Shown here: positions 35,462-48,514 of the stretch, piece after piece
Layout of the letters: every line of letters begins with the position of its first letter
Numbering within the stretch: the first letter of the stretch is position 1
NCBI RefSeq assembly: GCF_006345805.1
Contig: NC_042999.1
Span: 19,406,001 to 19,470,000, forward strand
DNA length: 64,000 nucleotides
Origin: Octopus sinensis
Lineage: Eukaryota
Direction of reading: 5' to 3'
The notes under the pieces: generated by a model
Told to the model about the DNA's origin: nothing
Database searches by the model: none
The model's input: the letters and a program-made list of their open reading frames with translations, nothing else
Position numbers and translations under genes: made by a program

Positions 35462-36482
35462 ATTGTGATAAAAGGAGGTTGCTCCAGAATCAGCTATTTA
35501 AACTATTTATATGCTGGTGATTGTAAAAGAATTTTCAAATGCGAAAGAAGGTGAAATTGTTTCACAGTCACGATACAGCACATTATTTTCTGTACCTCTT
35601 GTCTATAGAGGAAAAATTACAGCATTGAAAAATTTTGTTGCATGTTTGAATGAAATTTCAGTTGAGATGTTGAAAATTCCTATGTAATCAGGTGCAAAGA
35701 GAACAGGAAATTAGAGAAGCTGAAGATAAATTGCAGATAGACACTGCATTATGTTTAGTGTTTATGAATATTTTCTTTACATTTACAACTAAATTCTATT
35801 TTTTGCCTGCTAAGATTTCCATCATCTTATTATTCCGTGATGGTTTTGGCAATGATTCGTATATAGTCTGTTCTGTTCTTCTATTTTTACATTCTTCTAC
35901 ATCCTGTATCGTGATGAAGGTACTTTGCAAAACTAAACAAAAAAAAAAAAAAAAACTAAAAATGAAAAGCTGAAAACAAACATCATGAAATATGGAATAA
36001 AAATGAATAAAAATCAAGTACAAAAATTTTCAGGAAAGGTAAGGGAACGCAAAAACAAAACAAAAACAACCCAAAGATAAATAAATAAAAATTTGTTTCA
36101 AATATATGAATAAATATATTTAATCTAGTTTTAAAAACAAAACATAGAGTAAAATTCAAAAATGAAAATGAAAATAAACCCAAAAATATTTCAGGAAATG
36201 AATTGAATAACAATATAGATTATTGAACTGTACATATTTGAAAGGAAGAAGAATACTGAAAGTATCTATGGACTTAGTCTAAAACTTAGTTCTGTCAGCC
36301 CACCTTTCCTTCCCGCACCTCCAGGTGTATGGGAAGAGATGATTATTTTTCCATTTTTAGCACAATATGATCCGGCATTCCTATAGATGTGCCTCCCACT
36401 ACACTGCATCAGTCATGCACACAAACACACACACACACACGCACACACACACACACATGCTTTAAACCATGATACATTAATA

Positions 36483-36666
36483 GGCACAGGTGTGGCTGTG
36501 TGGTAAGAAGCTTGCTTGCCAAGCATATGGTTCCGGGTTCAGTCCCGCAGCATGATACCTTGAGCAAGTGTCTTCTACTTATAGCCTTGGGCTGACTAAA
36601 ACCTTGTGAGTGGATTTGGTAGAGAGAAACTGAAAGAAGCCCGTCATATATATGTCTATATATATA

Positions 36667-36711
<45 letters not shown>

Positions 36712-36800
36712 ATATGTGTGTGTGTATGTGTTTGTGTGTCTGTCTACAACCCTGCAAGGCAGTGCTCCAGCATAGACGCAGTCATATGACTGAAGCAAGT
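36483..36800 (+). mobile_element. SINE family B, internally deleted
   Basis: Homology to the other B copies. Confidence 0.8.
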
Positions 36801-37294
36801 CAGGTCAAAGATTAAAGATAAATGCATTAGACAAGCAGAAGCATGGCTGTGTGGTTAAGAAGCTTGCTTTGCAATCCCATGGATTTTGGGTTCGATCCAG
36901 GCACCTTGGGCAGGTTACTTCTACTTTAACCCCAGGCTGACCAAATACATTAGTGAGTAAATTCAGTTAACAGAAACTGTGTGGAATCTCATCATATATT
37001 TATACATACACACACACACAGATATATTTAAACGTGTGTGTTGAAAGGTTCCTGGTTTTAAGGTTAACATGAAAGGCCTGGCTGGAGGCCCAAACTTCCA
37101 AGTTTTATTACAGAGCTTAGAACATCTGTAGGGCTGCTGCAATGAGTGCGTGAATCTGAGATGAGGATATCAGCCTGACGTTATAGAAGGTACTTGCCCA
37201 AGTTGCCATACAGTGGGACTGAATTTGAACCATGTGGTTGGTAAGCAAACTACTTACCACACAGCCACTCCTGTGCCTACATATATATATATAC

Positions 37295-37337
<43 letters not shown>

Positions 37338-37340
<3 letters not shown>

Positions 37341-38310
37341 CAACAATTGAGGGTAAAATTAATTAATTAATCAATTTCACCAAGTATTCAGTATGCAAAG
37401 GGACCATTTAAGGCGAATTCAAATTATTACATTATATAAAAGGGCTTAGTAAAATAAATTACTTTGCCGCATACTGAACTCATTAGAAATAGCAGCTAAA
37501 AAAACTTTTTTAAAACTATTTCTAATACTTAAAGCAAGTCGAGTTGACTAATCTTGAAACGTACGTTCTCAAATAACCTTTGCATTTGATTTTTTAATGT
37601 CTTTACCCCCATACTTTCGTGAGTCGAATTGAGCAAACACTATATGAGAGAGGTTTTCTTTAAGTATTAGAAATAGTTTTAAAAAAGTTTTTTTAGCTGC
37701 TATTTCTAATGAGTTCAGTATGCGGCAAAGTAATTTATTTTACTAAGCCCTTTTATATAATGTAATAATTTGAATTCGCCTTAAATGGTCCCTTTGCATA
37801 CTGAATACTTGGTGAAATTGATTAATTAATTAATTTTACCCTCAATTGTTGAAATTATAATTCATCTCTCTCTATTTAATGCCTCGGATTTTACCGAAAA
37901 AAGCATAGTGTTTACTGATTTTAACCCACGCTGGTGGAAAGGGGAGGGCAGAAATTCTTCGCTTGCATATTTTAGTTTGCTGGCACTGTTAGTTTCGAGC
38001 AGATCTTCAGAAGCGATAAGAAGCCGAAAGGGTATGCTCCCACTTTCAGTGTTTTCAAATCCAAACCAAGGAGTTCTGAGCTGATGATAGAAGTGTCGAG
38101 TTGACTAATCTTGAAACGTACGTTCTCAAATAACCTTTGCATTTGATTTTTTAATGTCTTTACCCCCATACTTTCGTGAGTCGAATTGAGCAAACACTAT
38201 ATGAGAGAGGTTTTCTTTAAGTATTAGAAATAGTTTTAAAAAAGTTTTTTTAGCTGCTATTTCTAATGAGTTCAGTATGCGGCAAAGTAATTTATTTTAC
38301 TAAGCCCTTT

Positions 38311-38319
<9 letters not shown>
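37338..38319 (+). mobile_element. PLE-like element P2: inverted 3' end plus tandem pLTR-like copies, bounded by (TA)n
   Basis: 197 bp inverted arms at 37338-37534 and 37658-37854; about 37539-37761 is repeated at about 38095-38319; hammerhead at 38077-38128. Confidence 0.75.
38077..38128 (+). ncRNA. Type I hammerhead ribozyme motif with palindromic helix III
   Basis: UGAG-CUGAUGA-(U AGA..GUC GAGUU GAC..UCU U)-GAA-ACGUACGU-U-CUCA. Helix I UGAG/CUCA; triplet GUU. Confidence 0.8.
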
Positions 38320-38351
<32 letters not shown>

Positions 38352-38354
<3 letters not shown>

Positions 38355-39676
38355 TCATCATCATCATCATCATCGTTTAACGTCCGCTTTCCATGCTAGC
38401 ATGGGTTGGACGGTTCAACTGGGGTCTGGCAAGCCCGAAGGCTGCACCAGGCCAGTCAGATCTGGCAGTGTTTCTACAGCTGGATGCCCTTCCTAACGCC
38501 AACCACTCCGAGAGTGTAGTGGATGATTTTATGTGCCACCGACACAGGTGCCAGACGAGGCTGGCAGACGGCCACGCTCGGATGGTGTTTTTTATGTGCC
38601 ACCGACACAGGTGCCAGACGGGGCTGGCGGACGGCCACGCTCGGATGGTGTTTGTTACATGCCCTCAGCATGGAGGCCAGTCGTTGCGGTACTGACTACG
38701 ATCACGTTCGGATGGTTTTCTTATGTGCTACCGGCACTGGTACCACAAGGATACAAATTCCATTGATGTTCATCTATTTTGATTTGGTTCGATTTGATTT
38801 GATTTGATTCGATTCGATTCTCACTTGCCTCAACAGGTCTTCACAAGTGTCACAAGAAGGAAGGTATGCACAGGTGGACTGACTACGTCCCAGGTAGGGG
38901 CCACGGATTATGGCTTCACTAGTCTTGCCGGGTCTTCTCACGCACAGCATACTTCCATAGGTCTCGGTCTCTAGTCATTTCCATGGTGAGACCAAACGTC
39001 CGAAGGTCGTGCTTCACCACTTCGTCCCAGGTTTTCCTGGGTCTACCTCTTCCACGGGTTCCCTCAACTGCTAGGGATTTGGCACTTTCTCACACACCTA
39101 TCTTCATCCATTCTCGCCACATGACCATACCAGCGCAATCGTCTCTCTTGCACACAACAACTGATGCTTCTTAGGTACAACATTTCTCTCAAGGTGCTAA
39201 CGCTCTGTCGAGTAAGTACACTGACATTACACATCCATCGGAGCATACTGGCTTCATTCCTCACGAGCTTACGCATGTCCTCAGCAGTCACGGCCCATGT
39301 TTCACTGCCATGTAGCATAGCTGTTCGTACACATGCATCGTACAGTCTGCCTTTTACTCTGAGCGAGAGGCCTTTAGTCACCAGCAGAGGTAAGAGCTCC
39401 CTAAACTTTGCCCAGGCTATTCTTATTCTAGCAGTTACACTTTCAGCGCACCCGCCCCCACTACTGACTTGGTCACCTAGATAGCGGAAGCTATCAACTA
39501 CTTCTAGTTTTTCCCCCCGGAAAGTGACGGAAGTTGTTTTCTGCAGATTTTCGGAGGTCAATGCTCCAGAGCATCTGCCACATACAAAAACTATCTTCCC
39601 AGTTAGCCTACCTTTGACATTGCTGCACCTCTTATGTGTCCATAGCTTACACTGGGTACATCTTATAGAGTTTCTA
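38352..39676 (-). mobile_element. 5'-truncated RTE LINE (different 3' UTR variant)
   Basis: RT C-terminus (FRYLGDQV, AMLHGSETW, RRLRWYGHV) similar to the 22 kb copy; (GAT)n tail; truncated inside the Cys-rich motif at a (TATG)n run. Confidence 0.9.
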
Positions 39677-40099
39677 TGTATGTATGTATGTATGTATGTA
39701 TATGTGTGTGTGTATGTATGTATGCACACACACACAAATATATATAGAAAGATAAATAGATGAAAAGATAAATGGACAGTTAGATAGATTGATAGACTGA
39801 CAGACAGACAAACAGACAGACAGACAGATAAACAAATAGAGAACAAGCTCTGATGAATAATGATAAAGGTGAATAAATGATTACCCAGCGCAGCAGCTGC
39901 TCACAGCATCAGTGAAGATATTAGTCACAGTTTCTTTAACCAAGGGTTACAAATCTCATCTGTGTATGTGGTTGGTTGTGAGTACACATCATTAAGAAGA
40001 TCTTAAGAAGATTGAGATACATTTGATGTTCTCCCCAGGTATTGCAGGAAAAATTTTATAATGATGGTGATAATGAGGAATGACAAAGACAATATATGT

Positions 40100-40325
40100 T
40101 AATATATATTATTATCATTTGGGTTTGGCACAGGTCCCGTCTTATTCCTGGTAAGGACTTTGGGGGCAGCAAGTTACTACCACTAACCTTAGGTATCCAC
40201 AAGTTTACAGCAGCCGTTCATGTGCTTAGAACCCTCCTGATAATCCTTACTGTCTCTAAGAGACAAACTTTCGGTAGGAGCTCTACTGGTCATTCTATTC
40301 CAATCTCCTCCAGCCATTTCTTTGC
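40100..40325 (-). mobile_element. Extreme 3' fragment of an R4/Dong-like RLE LINE
   Basis: Minus-strand peptide AKKWLEEIGIE*PVELLPKVCLLETVRIIRRVLST*, followed by a short UTR and an AAT-rich tail. Resemblance to R4-group C-termini is from recall. Confidence 0.5.
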
Positions 40326-40342
40326 TTACTGTTTCTAACATA

Positions 40343-40511
40343 GGTGCAGGAGTGGCTGTGTGGTAAGTAGCTTGCTTACGAACCACATGGTTCCGGGTTC
40401 AGTCCCACTGTGTGGCACCTTGGGCAAGTGTCTTCTACTATAGCCTCGGGCTAACCAAACCCTTGTGAGTGGATTTGGTAGATGGAAACTGAAAGAAGCC
40501 CATCGTATGTG

Positions 40512-40543
<32 letters not shown>

Positions 40544-40775
40544 CGTGCATGTATATGTTTGTGTATCTGTGTTTGTTCCCCCAACATTGCTTGACAACCG
40601 ATGGTGGTGTGTTTATGTCCCCATAACTTAGCAGTTCGGCAAAAGAGACCAATAGAATAAGTACTAGGCTTACAAAGAATAAATCCTGAGGTTGATTTGC
40701 TCGACTAAAGGCAATGCTCAAGCATGGCCACAGTCAAATGACTGAAACAAATAAAAGATTAAAACAGTAAAAGAG
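40343..40775 (+). mobile_element. SINE family B
   Basis: Homology to the other B copies. Confidence 0.9.
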
Positions 40776-41084
40776 AGAGAGTACACCAATTATTATAGAT
40801 TCAACCTTTACTGTTCGTATGCTCCAAATTCTTAATTCAAATTTTAAGGGATTATCCCCCACTACTTCCGCTCATGATCAGAGATGCACATATAGTCAGC
40901 CACTAAGGGACATGCACAACTGGTAGGTCAAACAAGTGACAAGCAAATCTGTGATATTGAGCAGAATATTTGCTGTAGCCCATCTTTTATACCAAGACAA
41001 AATAATGTACATGATAACACTTCCAGTGAGTTAAGATTAGAAGCCATGAGAGCCACTGCCTGGTACTGCATCAGGGCATTTATA

Positions 41085-41123
<39 letters not shown>

Positions 41124-41137
41124 ATTATTATTATTAC

Positions 41138-41214
<77 letters not shown>

Positions 41215-41241
41215 ATATCATTATTATCACTGAGCAATTGA

Positions 41242-41272
<31 letters not shown>

Positions 41273-43654
41273 AGGAGAAGGAATAGGGAGAGGGAGAGAG
41301 GGAGAGGTGGTAGTGGAGAGGAGTGGCGGGGTGGGAGGGAAGGGGAGAAGGGAGATGTTGATGATGATGATGATCAGAAGGAGGAGGATGGTCGGGATGA
41401 TGATTACGTTAATGCGGGGGAGGACTAAGAGGATGAGGAACAAGGATGATGAAGAAGAAGCAGATGAGGAGGAGGAGGAGAAAGGAGGATGGAGGAAGGT
41501 GAAAGATGGAGGGTGGAGGATGGAGGATGGAGGGAGGACGAAGAGGCAGATGTAACTGAAGTAAAAACATCATATTTCCTCAACACAGAAATAAGAAACT
41601 TTATGCCTCATTTCTAAAAGCGAAGACAAAATTTATATGAATGAGATCATCTCTGTTCTGTTTCATCTCAACTCAACTATTTACAAAACATTTTCGACTT
41701 CTTCAGTTTTACTGCCATGTTTTCTTCCCCCTAAGGATAAGATTAACAGCTTCTCAAAGTCACTGATTCCTTTTGTAGCTTTTATTTCTCTTTTATATAT
41801 TGGTTTGTTTTTCACTTTTCTTATTAATGTTTGTTTTGTTAATGCTGCTAAACTGTTATTACACCTTGAAACAACAATAAAATCGATATTTTAACATCTT
41901 GTCATGTAAATGTTATTGATGTTGTTCTTGTTATTTTATTTTTGTTTTATTCTGTTTTTGCTTTTTTTTTTATTTTTTTTTTTTTTATTTTTTTTTTTTT
42001 TATTTTTCCGGGGCTTGCTGATGGCCAGAGTTCAGATTTATGACATGTAGTGAACACGTATAGGAACTTTGATATAGTTTGGTTTTATTCTCAATATTCT
42101 GTCAAGCTTTGGATTAAATGTGACTAAATCATTTGTTTAAACCGCTGCCTGTATGAACTAAACAAATGATCCATCACGATTGTTCTTGCTGCTGCTTTTT
42201 GTTTGTGCTTTTGTTGTTGTAGTTGTTGTAGTTGTTACCGCTATTTGATGGGTTTATTATTGATGGGGATGAGAACGTTGATGTTGTTGGGTGGTTAGTA
42301 TTTGGCGATTCGATTCCCGTTATGGTATGTAGTTAAATTAAGAGAAGAGGAAAAAGCAAACAAGAAATTAAAAAGCAGAAACAAGCACCGACTGTCAGTG
42401 CAATCTGTCGAATGCCAAACATAAATGACCCTATTGAAATTTTACGAGGAAGCAATAAATTTCATTGGTGGCATAGATTTCTTCGGAAACCCAAGGATTT
42501 ATGGTCTGTACTGAAGCAACCAACTGAACTAGTATTTCCTTGAGCATTACAAACAACACATTACAAAGCAATAAATTTAACAATCAACCCATATATTTCA
42601 ACATACAACATATAGGCATCCTTTTCATTAAAAACATCTGGAAGTTTTTATCCAATTTAATATTTGAAACATCACATATGCTTCAGTTGATAAAAAAGCC
42701 ATCAAATCGAACATGTAGTTGAAGTTTGAAGAGTTTTGTATCCTATCACTGCAGACATATTCCATTCCTGTCTCCTTGATTCTTAACACTTCCTAGTTAC
42801 ATTTCATACAGCACTAAAAATACACTACATTGTAGTGATATGCACAGGTCACGGCCATAAGAAACTGGTGCACTTTGGGGAATTACAACCGTGTTTCATG
42901 GTCTGCTACCACAACAGCTCCTTTATAGGATCCAGTTAGCTCAAGACATCATCAGGAGGAACCACGTCCGGTTTCAGCCCCTACTCCTCTACCGTTTTGA
43001 CGTGGTGCCCCCCCCCCCTTTCGAAGGTGTCTTCAGCTCTGGTGCTGGGTGCATGTCTTCTTTCTTCTTCTTTCTTCTCTTCCCTGGCCTCTTCGATGTA
43101 TCGTCAGTGACTGACTGACTTGTCAAATTTTTCCCCTTAAATACCTGCCGCTAGGCTCCAGCAGGCAGCCCCAGCAAGTTGTCACTTGACAATTTTGCCC
43201 CAAGGCCAGCTAATTTCAAGGGAGGAGTTAATTCAATTACATTCACCCAGGGTTCAACAGGTACTTATTTTATCAAACTCAAAAGGATGAAATGTAAAAT
43301 CAGTCCCAGCAGGATTTGAACTCAGAATGTAAAATTGAAAGAAATGATGATAACCATTTTTTCTGGTATGGTTTGCTATCTTTATGATTAATTTTCAGTT
43401 TGCTATCTTTATGATTATCAAGAATTCCATTAGCTTGCAGTGCTAAGTTCAATTGCTTTGGTAAGTACCTCTTGAGATTGGATGGAAATGGATGGTTTAC
43501 TTTAAGCTGTCTGAGAAATGAAGAAGGCATAAAAATCTTGGTTTGGAAATGAATCACCTGTTTTCTGCAGGTGAGACACAAAGGTATGAAAAGTTACAGG
43601 AGAGACAGTAAAAACATCCAAGGCTAAATTGTGGGATGACTAATTATTTATTTA

Positions 43655-43935
43655 TTTATGCGCCCTTTTCAAGCCTAGTCAGGCTCATGGGCCTGGTTTC
43701 CCAGTTTCTGTGGCATATGTGTTCCCACCAGCTGGACGGAACGCCAGCCCCCATCGCAGCATTACTCAAAAAACAGGAAGAGAGAGTGAGAGAAAGTTGG
43801 GGCGAAAGAGTACAACAGGGGTCACCACCATCCCCTGCCAGAGCCTTGTGGAGCTATAAGTGTTTTCGCTCAAAAAACACACACAACGCCCGGTCTGGGA
43901 ATTGAAACCATGTTCCTCCAACTGCAAGTCTGCTG
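43655..43935 (-). mobile_element. SINE family C with (TAAA)n tail
   Basis: tRNA-like head TGGCCCAGTGG...GTTTCAATTCCC; homologous to 4045-4555. Confidence 0.8.
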
Positions 43936-44732
43936 CCCTAACCACTGGGCCATTGACTAAGGTTAAACTAAACTCTGACTTTAATTAAACCAATTAAGTA
44001 TACTGTCAGATCCTCTGCTGACACCATAAGAAGTCCTCTTTCACACCTGCCATTAAAAACTAGGCTGGGATCCTTACCTCTTCAAAGAATAGCATCCTTG
44101 GGAGGTGGAGTGAATATTTGGCTGATCTCCTATATCTAGTTATAATAAAATTTACTGGCAGATGGTTTAGACAAAGCTAGGTTCCATTATGTTCACTCTT
44201 GAGAAAGTACTGGAAGCATTTTAGGATTTATAAGCATTATTTCATAACCTTGCAATGCAAAGTTCAATTCTTGTAGATACATCTTGAGATTGGATGGGAT
44301 TTGATGGAATTGGGTGGGATAGGATTGATTCTATAAATCAGATTCTGCTATTTGCCCTGAGATGTAGACTACTCAGTGGTATACCGGGAAGAAAACTTTA
44401 ACTGTTTCTGAGAACAATGTGGGCCAATGAAAACCAGAAGAAATACTGGAATCATCTGGTCAATATTTGTGCAATTATTCTGTTAGAACAGCACCTAATA
44501 TAAAATGGAAACACAAGAAGTGTGCAATTAATAATTCATTAAATATCTGTGGATATCAGAACCAGTAGATCTGTATTTGGTTGCATCGCTTTATCTTCTA
44601 ATTTCAAATCTGGTTGAAATTATATTAACTTTGACCTTATCTTTCTTCATCATAATCATTATAAACATCATGATTATCATCCTCATCATCGATGTCATCT
44701 TCATCATCATCATCACCATCATCATCACCATC

Positions 44733-44791
<59 letters not shown>

Positions 44792-45238
44792 TGTGATCAT
44801 CCTCATCTCCATCTTCATCATCTTTGAAGGCCCATCTTCCATGCTGACAAAGCAGTTATATTTTGAAAGTCAGTTCAACTAAATATATGCTTTCCTTCCT
44901 TATGACCTTGTCTATATCAGTTTAAAATATCAATACCCAATAACTAGTTTTATAACATAAAATGTAGGCTTCATTTTATCCCTCAGCTTAACACGACTAC
45001 CAGGACTCCGGGCACCTTTATTGTATAGACACAGACATGGCTGTGTAGTAAGAAGCTTGCTTACCAACCACATGGTTCTGGATTCAGTCCCACTGTGTCA
45101 CACCTTGTTGGGCAAGTGTCTTCTACTATAGCCTCGGGCTGACCAAAGTCCACCACCATCAATTCACCACGAAGACAGATCACCATGAGGAAAGTTCATC
45201 ATGAGGGAAGATTATCGAAAAAATATATCCTTTGAATG

Positions 45239-45500
45239 TGAAGGTGCATGGCTCAGTGGTTAGAGCAGCGGGCTCACAATCATGAGGTCATGGGTTTGAT
45301 TCCTGGACAGAGCTGTGTGTCATGTTCTTGAGCAAGATACTTTATTTCCGGTTGTTCCAGTTCGCTGTAGGCATCACTGGTGTGAAGCTGTATCACCCTT
45401 TGCCTTTCTCTTTCCCTTGGATAACATGGAGAGGATGGACAACTGCTGGTCTTCCAACTTTGCCTGGACTTGTGTGCCAGAGAGCAACTTTCTAGGTGCA
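45239..45500 (+). mobile_element. SINE family D
   Basis: Homologous to 19436-19755. Confidence 0.8.
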
Positions 45501-45502
45501 AT

Positions 45503-45653
45503 ACAGTTCTATAATTAAGAGATGAGGAATTATGTACATTATTTACATTCGACGGATAATTGTCCTCATCGTGTTTGTTGTTAACACACTGTTTCAGCTG
45601 ATATACCCTCCAGCCTTCATCAGGTGTCTTGGGGAAATTTCGAACCTGGGTTC

Positions 45654-45698
<45 letters not shown>

Positions 45699-45763
45699 CC
45701 TGGAATCGAACTCGGAATCTTGGGGTTAGTAGCCTGCACTCTTAACCACTACACCATATGCCC
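45503..45763 (-). mobile_element. SINE family E copy 3
   Basis: TGGTGTAGTGG A-box, GTTCGATTCC B-box, (AAT)n, and hammerhead at 45583-45628 with helix III mutated (ACAG). Confidence 0.85.
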
Positions 45764-45819
45764 ATGCAATTGTGGAGTAAATTTTAGGGCTTATAAATCT
45801 AATATTTTCCTATGCTTCC

Positions 45820-45872
45820 TTAAGAGTGCAAGCTACTAACCCCAAGATTCCGAGTTTGATTCCAAGCAGTGA

Positions 45873-45949
<77 letters not shown>

Positions 45950-46089
45950 TTGAAAAATACCTTAGGAATGAGAACCCAGATTCGAAATTTCCCCGAGACA
46001 CCTGATGAAGGCTGGAGGGTATATCAGCTGAAACGTTGTGTTAACAACAAACAAGAGGAGGACAAATATCCATCAAATGTTAATAATGT
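45820..46089 (+). mobile_element. SINE family E copy 4 (A-box lost)
   Basis: Partial head, long (AAT)n and the best-preserved hammerhead (45997-46042). Confidence 0.85.
45997..46042 (+). ncRNA. Minimal type I hammerhead motif in SINE E
   Basis: GACAC-CUGAUGA-A-GGCUG(GAGGGUAUAU)CAGCU-GAA-ACGU-U-GUGUU. Helix I GACAC/GUGUU; helix III is the self-complementary ACGU; triplet GUU. Confidence 0.8.
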
Positions 46090-46404
46090 TTTTAGGTCAT
46101 TTACGACTCAAAAGGAATCCTTATTTTTACATTTAACAAAATAATTGAATACTAAAGGGTTAAACAATTCTAATTTTTGGCAAGAAAAAAATTACTGCAG
46201 TGTATTGATAAAATAAAAAGTTATCTCTACTATCAAATTACAATTTAATATCAGATGCAGATTGATTACAGCAATGTTTACTAATTAATAGAACGAGCAT
46301 ATATCCATTATGTTCTGGCTATAGATAAAAAAAAGTGATTTTACTCTTTACTTTTCCTGAATATATTGAAGAAATGTTTCCAATGTTTGGTATGCCTTGA
46401 CAGT

Positions 46405-47340
46405 TCATAATGGTGATAGTGATGGTGATGGTGGTGGTGGTAGTGGTGGTGGTGGTGGTGGTGGTGATTGTGATGGTGAAGGTTAATGATCGTTCCATTG
46501 ATGGTGACAAAGATAACAGTGGTAACGATGATGACTGCAGCAAAAATTATAGGATAATGGCAAAGATGGTGGTGGTGGTGGTGGTGGTGGTGATGGTGGT
46601 GGTGGTGGAGGTGTTAGTAATAATAATAGTGAGGAGGGGGTGAAGGATGATGGCAGGAGTGGGGTGAAGGATGATGGCAGGAGTGGGGTGAAGGATGATG
46701 GCAGTGGTGGTGGTGAAGGTGGTGGTGGTGAATGTGGTAGTTGTAATGGTCATGGTTATGGTGGTGATAATAGTAATGATGATGAGGAGGCGGATGATAA
46801 TGAAGATTATGATGATGATGACGATGATGATTATGATGACAATGATGACGACGTCAACGACGACAACGATGACGACGTCAACGACGACAACGATGATGAT
46901 GATGATGATGACAATGAAGATTATGATTATGATGATTATGATGATGACAATGATGATGACGATGATGATGATGATAATGATGATGATGTTGACGACAATG
47001 ATGACGACCACAACGACAACAACGATGATGGTGACAATGAAGATTATGATGATGATGGTGATGACAATGATGACGATGATGACGACGATGATGATGATGA
47101 TAATGATGACGATGACGACGACTATGACGACAACAATGATGATGATGATGACAATGAAGATTATGATGTTGATGATGACGACAATGACGATGATGATGAT
47201 GATGATGATAATGATGATGATAACATTAATAACAACAACAATCATGATGATAATGGCGATGACAACAACAACTACAATAACAATTATGTGGACAGCCGTT
47301 ATGATAATGACGACAGTCCCCCATTGATGATGATGAGTCA
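46405..47340. repeat. (GGT)n/(GAT)n/(GAC)n trinucleotide tract
   Basis: Direct inspection; explains the Asp-, Met- and Ile-rich ORFs. Confidence 0.95.
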
Positions 47341-48136
47341 CATTGATAATAATCATGATTCGGATGAAATATATGATTATAGTATTCCAAGTTTTCTAGA
47401 CAGAAAGAACAATAATTTCTTTCATGGCAATTTTGATTTAGAATTCACCAAGCAAAGGACAGATGAAATATGAAAGTCATAGCAGCGGAGATACATTAAA
47501 CATTAACACTTAGTCATTAATCATGTTTGTTTCATTATAACCTATGAACAGGCAGTACTCATATGGGGGGGAAATCGAACCGAAGCTAAACATTGGAAGT
47601 TGCAATTAAAATTTTTAATCTGTTTTGTATATATTGCTTTAGTCTTTTTTTTTTAATATTTTTTATTATTTTTTATTATTTTTGCTATGATAATTAGTTG
47701 ACAAAACCATGTTAAAACAAAAGAGATCTGGGAGACTTTTAAATCGCATGTATTAAAATATTGGCAACTGCTTTCCAGAAATTCTAGCTTATGTTTTCTG
47801 GTTTCGTGTATTATTTATATTTATTTAAATAGGTTCATAAATAAATAACGCAACAAACAAATGTATAAAGGAATAAACAAATAAATGAAAACATAAATAA
47901 ATTCCATACAATGTCACTGAATATCTCAATTTGAATATTTGAAAATCCCTCAGCTTAAGATACTATTTATTCTGCATGAATATCTAAGATAGAATGTTGG
48001 TTTTATGTGAGTTTATGTTCACATGAATATATATATGTATATATATATTATATATATATACAGGAGTGGCTGTGTGTATATAGAAGCCCATCATATATAT
48101 ATATATATAATATATATATATATAATATATATATAA

Positions 48137-48410
48137 GGCGTAGGAGTGGCTGTGTGGTAAGTAGCTTGCTTACGAACCACAGGGTTCTGGGTTCAGTCCC
48201 ACTGCGTGGCACCTTGGGCAAGTGTCTTCTACTATAGCCTCAGGCTGACCAAAGCCTTGTGAGTGGATCTGGTAGACGGAAACTGAAAGAAGACCGTCAT
48301 ATATATGTATAAATATATATATATATATATGTGTGTGTGTGTATGTATATGTTTGTGTGTCTGTGTTTCAGTCAGATGACTGAAACAAGTAAAAGAGTAA
48401 AAGAGTAACA
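48137..48410 (+). mobile_element. SINE family B, internally deleted
   Basis: Homology to the other B copies. Confidence 0.85.
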
Positions 48411-48514
48411 AGATATTAAATTATATTTTGATTTAAAATCATAAATATGCTAAGCTGCTATGCGCTCTTTCTATATTCTCTGTACTTATCTTCCACCCCT
48501 AATTTCTAATACTT

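Noticed and set aside
35680-35770. Possible exon AG|GTGCAAAGAGAACAGGAA.. (VQREQEIREAEDKLQ)
   Set aside because: No polypyrimidine tract, no clear donor site and no recognisable protein family.
42831-43191. GC-richer TG...CA segment as a solo LTR
   Set aside because: No target-site duplication, no second copy and no clear poly(A) signal.
45700-45763. tRNA-like sequences (also 19436, 43870, 59390 and 61241) as tRNA genes
   Set aside because: Acceptor stems are incomplete and each continues into a repeated SINE body.
46547-47473. Asp-rich 277 aa ORF as an acidic biomineralisation-type protein
   Set aside because: It is a pure trinucleotide tract that is open in several frames, with no splice or signal-peptide evidence.
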